DNA from: Sporopachydermia quercuum
Lineage: Eukaryota
Assembly: GCA_001599295.1 (NCBI GenBank)
Contig: BCGN01000011.1
Span: forward strand, 310,001 to 374,000
DNA: 64,000 nt
Direction: 5' to 3'
Both the position numbers and the translations under genes were made by a program. Shown one piece after another: positions 1 through 10,745 of the stretch. How positions within the stretch are numbered: position 1 is the stretch's first letter; every line of letters starts with the position of its first letter. A model generated the notes under the pieces. It saw only the letters and a list, made by a program, of their open reading frames with translations, was not told the origin of the DNA and ran no database searches.

Positions 1-274
1 CCTATTAGCATCACCAGCTTGTGATATAGCATAGGTACATTAGCGGAAACATCACATACGCTCTGAAGGCATTCTTATGTTCATCATCTACTGGGTTGTC
101 AGGATAAAACTTGTAACTCCCAGTGGAATCTTTTTGAGTAAACTTCACTCTATTTATGTCATAATCCACCTTGCCTTCATCACTAATGCCCTTAGTAGAA
201 TATTCCTTTGGTGTCACCAAACTCCTCTGATTATTATCAAGAGGAGGCGAAGAGGTAGATTCTGACGATGCCAT
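1..274 (-). CDS. COX23: Cox23-like mitochondrial intermembrane-space protein, 5' part only. Exon 1 is 274-60, intron 59-2, and the gene continues beyond the window start.
   Basis: RVKFTQKDSTGSYKFYPDNP..HKNAFRA resembles the Cox23 segment KVNY..SFQYYPDDPE..KFA that precedes the twin CX9C motif. GTATGT donor at 59 and GCTAAT-AG acceptor ending at 2. The CX9C motifs lie outside the window. Confidence 0.7.
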
Positions 275-825
275 TGGAAGTACTGGAAAATCAAATCAAA
301 TAACAGTAAACACACTAAACTGTGTCTACAATACAAATTACTAACAACCAAATAAACTAAGCTTTCTGCAAGTCACCATCTCCAAATTTTTTACTAGTCT
401 CCTATTGCCTACACATATCACTTGGAGATTACAGATTACTTTGGCTTGTTGGTGATTGAATGANAATGAATCCTCAGAGACGAAACAGCTTCAGAACCCC
501 CTCAAAAAAGACAGCACATGAAGTCTCATCTCAAAGTTAAGTTTAACCTCAAGTAGCTAATCTCCCAATGGGAAAGTCAAACCTAAACAACTTTTGTGTA
601 AGTCGAAAAGAATAATTCTGGAAACAGAGAAAAAAAAGTCATCAAGTGCATGTGAAGAGTTCCGAATGATGAACAAAAAATTTGGGACTGGTAATAGGAG
701 CTCTGATGATTGATCTATAATATTGAAGATACTGAGAATAGAGAATTGAATTTTTGGATATTTTGTGCTTAATAATTAATTAGTAAGCTAATAAGAGAGT
801 GAGAGTAAACAGTTCAGCTTAAGTA

Positions 826-2419
826 ATGAGTGTCAGAGAATCTGGATCAGGTATGTTGATTATTATTAACTATCAGCAGTAGGATAATGCCTTATTTGGC
901 GTATAACTTATTGGTGGTGGGAAAAAAGCAAAATGAGAGAAGTTTGCTTATTTTCTTCAAGAACATAATTCTAACTGCTGTTCAGACGTTCTTTGTAAGA
1001 GATGCAAGAAAGAACAATCAATTTTGGTCTCAAGAAAAGAGCCTTTTTGCAAGTAAGTAACCTGGCGATAGTACTCACTCGTTGTAAAAGGTGGAGATCA
1101 AAGGATGAGAGCCGCAGACTTTAAGTAAAGCGACCAAATATTAACAAGCATGCAGATCATGCTTTCTGAGGTTTCTTAGGGGTAAGCAGAGAAAAGCTCT
1201 AGATAATTACAAAGTAGACTGGAAAAGTGAAGATGGAAGTGAACCAACTGTGCTATTACCTTTGTCGCTTGGTAAAAACTCTTTAACACTTCTAGACATG
1301 GTAGCTGATTTGTTAAGAGAACAGAAAGCGCACAACAGAGGGCGCAGAGGATTTAAACTAATTGCAGTTATAATTGATGAGTCGGATGCTTTCAGAAAGA
1401 CCGCCACAACTGATGTTAAGAACCGTTTGGATCGACTGAAAGTGAGATATGAAAACGAATGCAAAATCTATTATATCAACATAAGAAGTTATATAATGAA
1501 TCAAAATTTAAGTGAGATCATAATGGATGAACATTATCATACAACAGTCAAAACTGATAAGATTCCGGATGATAAGTTAGAACAAATGCCCTTTGACTAC
1601 ATATTGCAACAACTAGGCCCCAGAACATCAATTCAAGATACCATAAGCATATTCCGACGAAGAATAGTCATTGAAACAGCTAAAAAGTTTTCCTGCACAA
1701 CTATCATTTGGGGTCATTCCATGACAAAATTAGCAGAACTTGTCTTATCATTAACCACTAAGGGTAAGGGAAATATAATAGCGAGAGAACTTTCAGAGTA
1801 TAACGAAGCTGTTGAGCCTGTCACCCAAATGTATCAAATCCATCCTCTGAGAGATATTTTAGCATCAGAAATTGATCACTATATCGATCTTCAGAATTTG
1901 TCAGAGTTAGTTCTTGATTTCTCACCTTTAGACCCTAAGATAAGCTCAAGACAATTAACAATTGATGAATTGACAAAACAGTATTTTCAGTCTATATCAG
2001 AAGCGTTCCCTTCCATAGTTTCGACAGTTGTTCGAACAGCAGATAAATTATCAGATAAAAAGGATGGGATTTCCAATGATATGACCTCTGAAGAAAGACT
2101 AGAAAAACTCTGCAGTTTATGTCAGCAACCAATAACTACTAATCCTGTTGAATGGTTAGCGAAAATCTCTGTTCATCAATCAGCAGAACTAACAACTGAT
2201 GAAGAACGTCAAATACGCGCTCAAGTGAACATAGATGCTAAAGCCAATGGCCACAGTAGCGAGACAGAGGCTGATGTAGAAACATCTCCTTTGAATCTAT
2301 GTTATGGATGCATTGTTAATTTAGAAAGGGCTAAAATATATCCTCTTGCCGTTCCATTATCGTCCAGAAGCATAAAACAAGATATTCTAGATGAATACCT
2401 CTTGGAGGATGACGACTAA
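826..2419 (+). CDS. NCS2: Cytoplasmic tRNA 2-thiolation protein 2 (Ncs2/Ctu2); exons 826-850, 986-1052, 1156-2419
   Basis: Splicing GTATGT..CTAAC..CAG and GTAAGT..TTAAC..CAG gives MSVRESGSDVLCKRCK..SRKEPFCKSCFLRF..KQRK in frame with ORF 1250-2419. Other motifs: WGHSMTKLAE..TKGKG, HPLRD, FPSIVSTVVRTADKL, CSLC and LCYGC. Confidence 0.9.
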
Positions 2420-2612
2420 GGTAGTATATTCTCTCAGTATGATGTATAATACTTATAGAGAAATCATGATATACTATATCTTAAAGTGGTCAATCGCACG
2501 ATTATAATGTGTAATAAGTTATAATATTTGAGCCTTTCAAATTTCAGTAGAATCGGTTGTTGCTGATACGTAGTAAGTCACATATTGTGCTAGGTAGAAT
2601 TTACATTCATTC

Positions 2613-3359
2613 TCAACCTGAGCTATCACCACTATCAGACTCATAACCTGCAACTAGACCTGTTGTCTTTACTCGAGATACACCATTTTCAGTGCTACCA
2701 CTAGTAGAATTTATGGCTGAACTCTCAACACACTCAACACCTAGGTCATTATTATTATCATTGCCATCAAGTGTCTTATACTCTTTGCATTTTTCCCCAT
2801 TTTCATTCTCAACAACTAATTTATCAGTTTTGCCAACTAGATCTTTCAAAATTAACTCTCTCAAGCGTTTTTTTGGTTTCCTAGGTTTGATTCTAGGTTT
2901 TAATATTTTCTCTTTAGTGCTCTCTGCTGATGATACAGAATTGGACGATTTCTTTTGCAATTCTTTGATCTCCTGTCGAGCTTTGAACTCCGCAATTTGA
3001 GCATCAACTTGTTCCTTCAGTTTCTTCTCTTTTTCCAAATCTTGCTCCGAAATTTCTCTCAAATACTCAATCTCGTCTTCGTTTAATCTTGTTCCTAAAT
3101 TTCTAGCATTGAGCTCTGCTTGGTATTTTTCCTGTGCAAGCGCTGAATGCATATGATGATTATGTTAGTTTGAATAGATAACTCGAATTGTCGTGTAGAC
3201 ATGACAATTAAACATTGCGGTGTAATATTCCACCAACATACCTCTATTTTCCTGTAATGCCTCAAATAGACTTTTTCCGCCATCGTTACTATATTTTGGC
3301 GGAGAATCGGACCTATCCTTTTCCTCAACTGAGGGATCTGACGATGGGACGATACTCAT
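2613..3359 (-). CDS. FYV6: Fyv6/FAM192A (NIP30-N domain) protein; exons 3359-3242 and 3142-2613
   Basis: A GTATGT..CTAAC..CAG intron (3241-3143) joins KSLFEALQENR to ALAQEKY..LNEDEIEYL, the FAM192A/Fyv6 N-terminal signature. C-terminal LVAGYESDS. Confidence 0.78.
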
Positions 3360-4073
3360 ACTGGTAGCAATTGTATGTCAGCCAAGTAAGTGTTCAGAAT
3401 GAACCTCAAAGGACAATTCACCGTTGAAAACAAGGTTTCTATATAGACAGTATTAACCTCTAAATCTGACGATTAAATACTAAAAAGAGCTTTATTGATT
3501 CATCATCACTAGTCGGTCATGTTCCTTATCAACCAGGTATAATTACTATCCTCAAGCACTCACTATCTTCACGACTGTTTTCACACCATCAAAGCTTTCT
3601 ACATCCAACTTGTAACAGCTTGATATTACAACGTAACAACCCAAATTACCTCTCAAGCTGCACATAGAGTATAATAAATGACTTCTGCACCATAGTTTTA
3701 CTCCATTAACAATAGATTCATCATAAACTAGCACTTCTTTCCCTTTTCCTTCCTTGAGTGGGCAAAGCCCGTCCCATATCAGGACCAAGTCATTTTCATT
3801 ATTATAAGTCTCGCAGACACCCCTGAATAATATTTCCCAATTAGGACACAAATTTTTCATTACTCAAAATCCCGTTTCGTCCACCACACGCAAAACTTAT
3901 GCCTGCAAAGCCAAAGCAAATCGATGATTACAAAGTGCGTTTAGTAACATAACGCATACCATCAAGTAAATTAAATGAGACACTATCAGCAGGTGGATAT
4001 AAGCAGCTAAACGATCCGAAATCTGCTAGAGTATTTCTATTATTTTACTAGAGGAAAAAGGAAAGAAAAAACA

Positions 4074-4423
4074 ATGTTTGGAATTATTCGACCGCAGCTC
4101 TGTCAAGCATCAGTATGGACGGTTGGTCCTACTGGTTTTGTTAGAACGCTCATGAAGACCCATAAAGGAGCAGCTAAGAGATGGAGGGCATTAGGAAATG
4201 GAGGATTCAAAAGAGTAAGGAATTTGACTTTTGTTGGTTAAAATTGGATGCTGCTGGAATTCCACTAACAGTCTTATTATAGGGTAAAACAGGTAGAAAG
4301 CACGGTAATTCAAGTTGGAGTCATAGACTATTAGCAGGTTTAACCGGTACAACGGAAGCTAAAAGATCAGGACACGGAAATCAAGTGAAAAGATTGCAAA
4401 AACTTTTGCCTTATTCTCGATAG
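4074..4423 (+). CDS. MRP35: Mitochondrial ribosomal protein bL35m; exons 4074-4214 and 4283-4423 (93 aa); absent from the ORF track
   Basis: Spliced product MFGIIRPQ..RTLMKTHKGAAKRWR..GFKR|GKTGRKHGNSSW..KRLQKLLPYSR carries the L35 signature MKTHKGAAKRW after a presequence-like N-terminus. Intron GTAAGG..CACTAAC..TAG at 4215-4282. Confidence 0.92.
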
Positions 4424-4648
4424 TTATATTTAGGACCAACATGGGTTAGGTGAATGAATTCGCATACTAAATTCTGTACATAAAATGATATAAATGATTA
4501 GATTATGCGGGAAGATTGTATGATGTAATAGTCTTACTATGATTTAGAGATTGAACCGACTGGCTTTAGATGATAATTAAAATTACAAGAATTGTTTATA
4601 TATGACTCTATAATCAGGAAAATTCTCAGTCAACAGAATATGGTAAAT

Positions 4649-7600
4649 TCAGGCTGTTCCAGTAGCAATTTGGTTAACTACCTCTGTCTGGTCTCCACCA
4701 TTTTCCTCAGTATTTTTCTCAGAAGGGATGAACTCTTCCTCTTCTTGAATCATTCCTTCACCAAATCTCATTCTGCTAGTAGGGAAATAGTGATAATTTG
4801 TCTTAATAGTGCAAGCAATAGGTACATTATCAAAAGTAACAACCTTCAGCTTAACATAGGTATTATCAGGAATATTTTTCACTACTGCAACGAACTTGTC
4901 TAATGTTCTCGTTTCAACCTCGTTGACATGAGTAATAAAAAAAGTAGAATAAATACCATATTGTGCGGCAGGAGAACCTCTGAAACGTCGAGAAATATAT
5001 ACTTCTGAGTATAATGTTTGCATTTGTTGTCTCACAGCCAAATGGGGTTTCTGTAGAACCGCACCACACCATTTAACGATTTCTCTGGTTTCAAGATCAG
5101 AAGTTGGTGTAGTTGGCACTTTGATTGTCATTTCTGCTTTTTGGCGAACGATAGTAAATTCAAGTACTTCCTTTTGTAAAGATGTGTATAAATCTGTTAT
5201 CTTAGTTACTGGCTTACCATCAATGGCTAAAACAATATCACCAACTTCCAGCTTATCAGAAACACCTTTTTTGTTGCTATTTCCATTGACAATCTTCTCA
5301 TCATCATCATCGAGTAAATTCTCTTTTAATTTACCTGTTGTACGATAGATAGTAAGAAACTGGACTTGGTCAGTTGAAATGTCCTCAAAAGTCTTGATCC
5401 ACTCTTCTGAGACGCCTCTGATTCTAGCATACATGACCTCTATAGCAAAGAACTCGACATCCAGAATACGAATGCTGTTGAAAAATTTTTTCAATATGGC
5501 AGGTGATTTACTGTTCTGAACTTGATCTATTACTAGTTTAACTGCAGAAATATCAAGACCTGCACAGTATACTTTATCATGATAGTTGGACTTCTTTTCC
5601 CCCAAAAATGACAACCAAAGTGCTTTGATACTACCATCAGAGTCGGCCAATATACCAGAATCACATCTTTCTCCATACTTTGATTCAATAAATACCAAAT
5701 CAAGGTTAGTAGCACGATATCTAGGCGAGAACTTGGTTAATGGTATATTCACTGTAGAGATATCAGAAACAGTTGTTTGAGCTGAAACTACCCTTAGACC
5801 TTGATAACCAACGAAGTACACTGGGTCGTTCTTTGCTAACTGAACAGCGGAAAATTTTGGTGTTTCCAAAGGTGCTAGAACCAACGATGGATCGTATGAG
5901 ACAATTGCATAATTCTGTGTTGGATGCAGAAAGACAACTTGACCAGGTACTACAACTGATTCAGCTACAGTAACAAGGATATCACACAAATCAAAAGGCA
6001 CCAAGTTTCTAGATACAATGACGTATCCTTTTTCTGCATCTATCACCAATCCATACCCTTTCCTGTATGGTTCTACAAAACCATCAATACCTAAAGGCAT
6101 GATACAGGAGATCATAACAAAGCTTCTGACTAGTCTGCTACATGTTTTAGATTCAATAGGTAGATCTATCAGTTTAGCCGATTTGGGAGTCAATGTTAAA
6201 GGAGGCAAAGGATCACCAAGGTCTGTGAAATCCCATAGCCCAGTGACATCATTTCTAGTAGCCAATTTGAACGATTTGGTCCAATGTCGTTGAATATATA
6301 TCACGGCAACTTTCTTTGTATGTATATCCTCTAGATTACGATATGTGACTGTCACCCTTTGCCTATCATGCAATGTTTGCATGACTTTGATAAATGCATC
6401 AAGATCAGGAACTGGTTGATCATCAAGAGAGTCAAGCACATAAGCAGGTAGTTCTCCATTTGAGCCCACTGGTGCCCCACGAGACCCATCGTATTCATCA
6501 AAAGAATCACTGAATGCAAATGAACCCGTAGCGCTACTAATGTAAACACCTTGAACTGGAATCGCGCACAATCTAGCTAATTGATAACTCAAATTATGAA
6601 ATGATGCTCCGCAGACTGAGGCAAACTTATTAGGTGTAATATCATGTAAATTCTGTACTTTACAAATAACAATCCTGGTTTTACCTCCACGTTGTAGTTC
6701 TATTTCAATATCTTTATCCACATTTTCATCTAATATTTCATCGACCTTAATGAAAGAGGAAATATCAACACCGTTGATTTTCAGTAAACAGTCTCCTTCT
6801 TCAATTTTACTATTAGACGGTCCTTTTGGCAAAATGGTTTCTGCCACGAGGAGACCTATTGAGTCAGGGAATAATTTCCTTACCCTATCTCTAGCTTCTT
6901 GAGTCAAGCCAAGTCTACCACATTCATCAAAAGGCTTGAGAAACCATTCGACCTGGATCGTTCCTCTTGCCACAGGGAGATTTTTCTGTATAAGCTCCAA
7001 AGCTCTTTTCCCTCTGTATAAAGGAAGAAAGAAATCTGTTGAAGATTCACTGCTGCCACCAGCCTGAAGAGCAACTGCATTCCCATCAATATCGATAACA
7101 GGACTACCGCTTGAACCTCCAGATGCACTTGCAGCAGCTTGAATATATTCGGTATTGAAATCATTGTATGTGAAACGGCCGTAGTCAGGAGGATTCCTAT
7201 CAATTCTGCTGATGAACCCAGCTAAAATACTCAATTTTTCACCAGCATCATTACCTACTACTCTAATCTCACAACCAACTTTGGCCAAATCTGGCCTAAG
7301 TTTCAATTCTTGTACTTTCATGTATTTTACCTTCGACGGGTCAAATTTCAGAAACCCAAAATCGTGAACTGGATCTCTGTAGATGGGAATCACATCACAT
7401 TCTTCATGATTATCAAACACTACACATCCCTTGAACGGTCCGCTACCAACGACGTGTCTATTAGTAAGAATAATACCTCTTTTGCTATCGACAACAAAAC
7501 CCGTAGCTTCAGAAACCGTGGCTATTTCCATATCAAAATTGGAAATCAGGGCAAAGTGAATTGATACAACTGATTTAATTACATTTTCTATGGTCTTTTG

Positions 7601-7921
7601 CCATTTCACACTGTTCACCTGCGATACTTCCAGAGAGGCAATATTGAGTTCAGTGTTTCTTGCTGATAAAGAGTCACCATCATCAGGTGCAAGTTGTGCT
7701 TGCGGCTTAGATATTCGGGGTGATTCCAAAAGCTCATCTTCCATATTAACATCTTGGGTATTAATCTGTGCTTGTCCTAAGGCCAAACTTGGTGGGGTAC
7801 TTGATGTGCTAGTTCCATCTGATTCAATATTAGTAGCTTTGGGGGAAGTTGGTGATCCTCCTTTTGACATGGAAATCCTTCTTTTCTTTGCCACGGGGCT
7901 TGTCGGCACTGAGGTTTCCAT
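4649..7921 (-). CDS. NMA111: HtrA-like nuclear serine protease Nma111/Ynm3 (tandem protease-PDZ repeats)
   Basis: Catalytic triad motifs TNRHVV, HDFG and GGSSGSP; N-terminal NLS KKRR; second degenerate protease domain; C-terminal KTNYHYFPT. Confidence 0.96.
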   Translation of the reverse strand: METSVPTSPVAKKRRISMSKGGSPTSPKATNIESDGTSTSSTPPSLALGQAQINTQDVNMEDELLESPRISKPQAQLAPDDGDSLSARNTELNIASLEVSQVNSVKWQKTIENVIKSVVSIHFALISNFDMEIATVSEATGFVVDSKRGIILTNRHVVGSGPFKGCVVFDNHEECDVIPIYRDPVHDFGFLKFDPSKVKYMKVQELKLRPDLAKVGCEIRVVGNDAGEKLSILAGFISRIDRNPPDYGRFTYNDFNTEYIQAAASASGGSSGSPVIDIDGNAVALQAGGSSESSTDFFLPLYRGKRALELIQKNLPVARGTIQVEWFLKPFDECGRLGLTQEARDRVRKLFPDSIGLLVAETILPKGPSNSKIEEGDCLLKINGVDISSFIKVDEILDENVDKDIEIELQRGGKTRIVICKVQNLHDITPNKFASVCGASFHNLSYQLARLCAIPVQGVYISSATGSFAFSDSFDEYDGSRGAPVGSNGELPAYVLDSLDDQPVPDLDAFIKVMQTLHDRQRVTVTYRNLEDIHTKKVAVIYIQRHWTKSFKLATRNDVTGLWDFTDLGDPLPPLTLTPKSAKLIDLPIESKTCSRLVRSFVMISCIMPLGIDGFVEPYRKGYGLVIDAEKGYVIVSRNLVPFDLCDILVTVAESVVVPGQVVFLHPTQNYAIVSYDPSLVLAPLETPKFSAVQLAKNDPVYFVGYQGLRVVSAQTTVSDISTVNIPLTKFSPRYRATNLDLVFIESKYGERCDSGILADSDGSIKALWLSFLGEKKSNYHDKVYCAGLDISAVKLVIDQVQNSKSPAILKKFFNSIRILDVEFFAIEVMYARIRGVSEEWIKTFEDISTDQVQFLTIYRTTGKLKENLLDDDDEKIVNGNSNKKGVSDKLEVGDIVLAIDGKPVTKITDLYTSLQKEVLEFTIVRQKAEMTIKVPTTPTSDLETREIVKWCGAVLQKPHLAVRQQMQTLYSEVYISRRFRGSPAAQYGIYSTFFITHVNEVETRTLDKFVAVVKNIPDNTYVKLKVVTFDNVPIACTIKTNYHYFPTSRMRFGEGMIQEEEEFIPSEKNTEENGGDQTEVVNQIATGTA

Positions 7922-8497
7922 GATTTCTTCAATTCCTAATATTTGCTCTTGATTTGACCTAGTTTACTAGTATACTCTACTTGTTCCAGCTTATGGACAT
8001 CAAACTTGATCTCTGTCAATTAAAAACCTTTCCAAGTACCAAAACTGCTCAAATCTAGCAACCTATCCTTCTTTTCCCAAATACCTGCTTTTACTATCCA
8101 ACCGTTTTCACTTCCTTTATACTCATTTACTCTGCGTTCTCACTTTTCTCCTTCTTCTTATTCATATACTGTATTTCATTCTCTTCTCTCACGCACAATA
8201 CAATTTCTCAACCCAAACCGGAAACAATATAGTTCTTAATTGACTGAAAATTTCAANAATTTTCACGGGATATACCACATGACAATCCCTTAGGTCTCAC
8301 TTTAAGCTCATCGCATTGAGTTAACATTAGGGAAATAAACTTTAACGTTATTTCCATTTAGGAAGTTGTTTCCTTGCAGCGGGTTCAGTTAACATTAGAG
8401 AACATGATAAAGGCCTAAAGGGAAGAGGATGAATCAGATGGGTTGATGGGTAACGATGAAAGAGATAAGCAGAGAATAATATGAGTCAAGTTTGGGG

Positions 8498-8555
8498 ATT
8501 CTTTCAATCTTGCAATGAAGAAGAGAAAAAGTCTTCATTGCAAGATTGAAAGAAT
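8498..8555. repeat. Perfect 24-bp inverted repeat with a 10-nt loop
   Basis: ATTCTTTCAATCTTGCAATGAAGA (8498-8521) is the exact reverse complement of TCTTCATTGCAAGATTGAAAGAAT (8532-8555). Confidence 0.95.
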
Positions 8556-8747
8556 GATATTGGCGATCTTGTAGTCAGCGAGAGATTATAAGTGATGGAA
8601 ACATAGTAGTTTGAATGGTCGTCTTATTTGAAGGATAAGTGATTGGCTGCATTGTTGATTAACCGATAACGAGCATATTAGAAGATATAAGGAAACCAGC
8701 ATAAAAGAAAAAGGTTACAGGAGAATATTAGAGGTAAGCCATTGAGA

Positions 8748-10442
8748 ATGCCAGTCTTAGCCTCAGAATTGTTGGACGATTTTCTAGCTATCGCAGCAGA
8801 TGCTCTGAAAGCATGTATAGCCTTGGCGGTTATGGCATTTGATGGATACATTCTCATGCATCTCAGAGAGTATCCTCTGAATACATTTCCTAGTAAAAAC
8901 TCACTGATTCCTCTGGCAGTACTTGTTTTGTCTGTAACTTATCTTGTGAATATTCTTATAGTGAAACCTTTCATAACGTCTCCTATAGCATATATCCCAG
9001 GTCCCAAGATCGCAGCTATTACAGACAAGTATGTGTTATTTCACACTTGGAATGAAAACAGAAACAATTTGTTGAAGCATTTACACGAAAAGTATGGTCC
9101 GGTTGTACGTATTGGTCCTAATGAAGTTTCTTTGAACGACTCCAGGTATTTGAAGGATGTTTATAGTGGGAACTACGATAAATCCTCATTTTATGCACAG
9201 TTTGGAAACTATGGCTATGATGTTTTGTTTTCCTTCACAGAATCTTTACCTCATAAATCCAGAAGGAAAATGATGTCCAAAACATATTCAAAGACATTTG
9301 TCGATAACAATGAAGATGTCAAACGTATTATTTCTGACAAAGTGAACAGGTCAGTTGATTTCATTCGCAAGCATTGCTCAGGATTGATTGATGTGTTTGA
9401 TCTGTTTCAAGCTATGGCCATGGATGTAGTCACAGCAATTGAATTTGGGGAGGAGTATGCCTCAAACCTTGTCAATGATCTTTCAGAAAGAAGAATTCTC
9501 AAAAGCTATCAAGCTCAATCGTCTACATGGTTCTGGGTTTGTTATTTCCCTTCTTATTTCAATCTCATGGTCTCTTCTAAGGTAAAAGAGCATATAAGAA
9601 AAGTGAGATCATGGCATCTATCAAACGTGAAGAGGGCTGCTCTTAGATTTTATGAGAATCCTTCTGCTGGAGAGTCTTTGCCTGAACTATCCGAGCTTTC
9701 CAACTTGAAGGTTGATGATGAGAAAATTGACGAGATTGGTGATGTTTATTCAACGGTTACAACTCTCTACAAGAATAAGATTTATGACATAGCAGCGGCG
9801 GCAGAACTTTCTGATCATGTAGCAGCCGGACATGAAACCACAGGTATAACACTTTCATATCTCTTATTTGAATTGGCCCTTCCTGAAAATAACAACATTC
9901 AAAAGACTCTCAAAGAAGAAATCTCTCAATTGATCCAATCTCATGAAAACATTGACAATATTAGCAACACCGACATAGAACAAATGCCTTATCTCAATGC
10001 TATACTGAAGGAGACCTTGCGACTACACCCAGCTATTCCAGGTTCAGAACCACGAGTTGTCTCTTCCAAGACTGGTCTTCGACTGGCTGATTCAAATATT
10101 ATTCCTAGAGGTACATTGATTTCCATGCAACCTGGCTTACTGCATATGAATGAGAAGGTTTTCAAAAACCCAGAACTCTTTGATCCTACAAGATGGATAG
10201 GAAACTCAGAAGATGAGCTTCGTTTGATGAATAAACACTGGATGCCTTTTGGAATGGGAATTCGTATGTGCCTCGGTATGAACATTGCAATGAGCGAAAT
10301 GAGGTTGTTGATATTCCAGTTGTTCAAAGAGTTCGCTGCATCATTACCAGAACAGTTTGACTATGACGGAATGAGTATGTTAGATATATACACGACACAC
10401 CCTAAAGGTGACGAATGCATGTTGAAATTCAAGAAGGATTGA
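8748..10442 (+). CDS. Cytochrome P450 monooxygenase (family not assigned)
   Basis: N-terminal membrane anchor and IPGP hinge; I-helix AAGHETT; K-helix ETLR; FDPTRW; heme loop PFGMGIRMCLG. First ATG is at 8748; the ORF track starts at an upstream TTG. Confidence 0.95.
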   Translation: MPVLASELLDDFLAIAADALKACIALAVMAFDGYILMHLREYPLNTFPSKNSLIPLAVLVLSVTYLVNILIVKPFITSPIAYIPGPKIAAITDKYVLFHTWNENRNNLLKHLHEKYGPVVRIGPNEVSLNDSRYLKDVYSGNYDKSSFYAQFGNYGYDVLFSFTESLPHKSRRKMMSKTYSKTFVDNNEDVKRIISDKVNRSVDFIRKHCSGLIDVFDLFQAMAMDVVTAIEFGEEYASNLVNDLSERRILKSYQAQSSTWFWVCYFPSYFNLMVSSKVKEHIRKVRSWHLSNVKRAALRFYENPSAGESLPELSELSNLKVDDEKIDEIGDVYSTVTTLYKNKIYDIAAAAELSDHVAAGHETTGITLSYLLFELALPENNNIQKTLKEEISQLIQSHENIDNISNTDIEQMPYLNAILKETLRLHPAIPGSEPRVVSSKTGLRLADSNIIPRGTLISMQPGLLHMNEKVFKNPELFDPTRWIGNSEDELRLMNKHWMPFGMGIRMCLGMNIAMSEMRLLIFQLFKEFAASLPEQFDYDGMSMLDIYTTHPKGDECMLKFKKD

Positions 10443-10745
10443 AGAGAGGACAACCCTTTGATTGCAATGAGGTTTAAAGGAGCAGTAAACAATTATTATA
10501 CATTAATAGAAGTTGAAATTAAATAGTTTCAGAAAGTATAAGTATAAGTAGTAATTAATATAGTATTACCATATATGAAATAGTATCAACATAAAATTTG
10601 AAGACCTCGAAACCATAACCAAACCTCAAATATAACCCTGTAACATGAATATATAAATAAATAAGTAAATAGCCAAACCAAAAAAAAAGAAGAACTGCTA
10701 AAAAAAAATCATTAACCGTTAACAATAATTGCAAAATTCGCTGAA

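Noticed and set aside
3361..3425. Possible 5'-UTR intron before the FYV6 ATG (GCTGAC..CAG on the minus strand)
   Set aside because: No convincing donor or upstream exon was found.
3552..3860. 102-aa ATG ORF between FYV6 and MRP35
   Set aside because: No recognisable motif, and it occupies the short divergent promoter of two real genes; probably spurious.
4592..7952. Many short ORFs overlapping NMA111 (likewise over PET309, MMS1, MEF1, FET3, POB3, ANP1)
   Set aside because: Antisense or out-of-frame shadows of long conserved genes.
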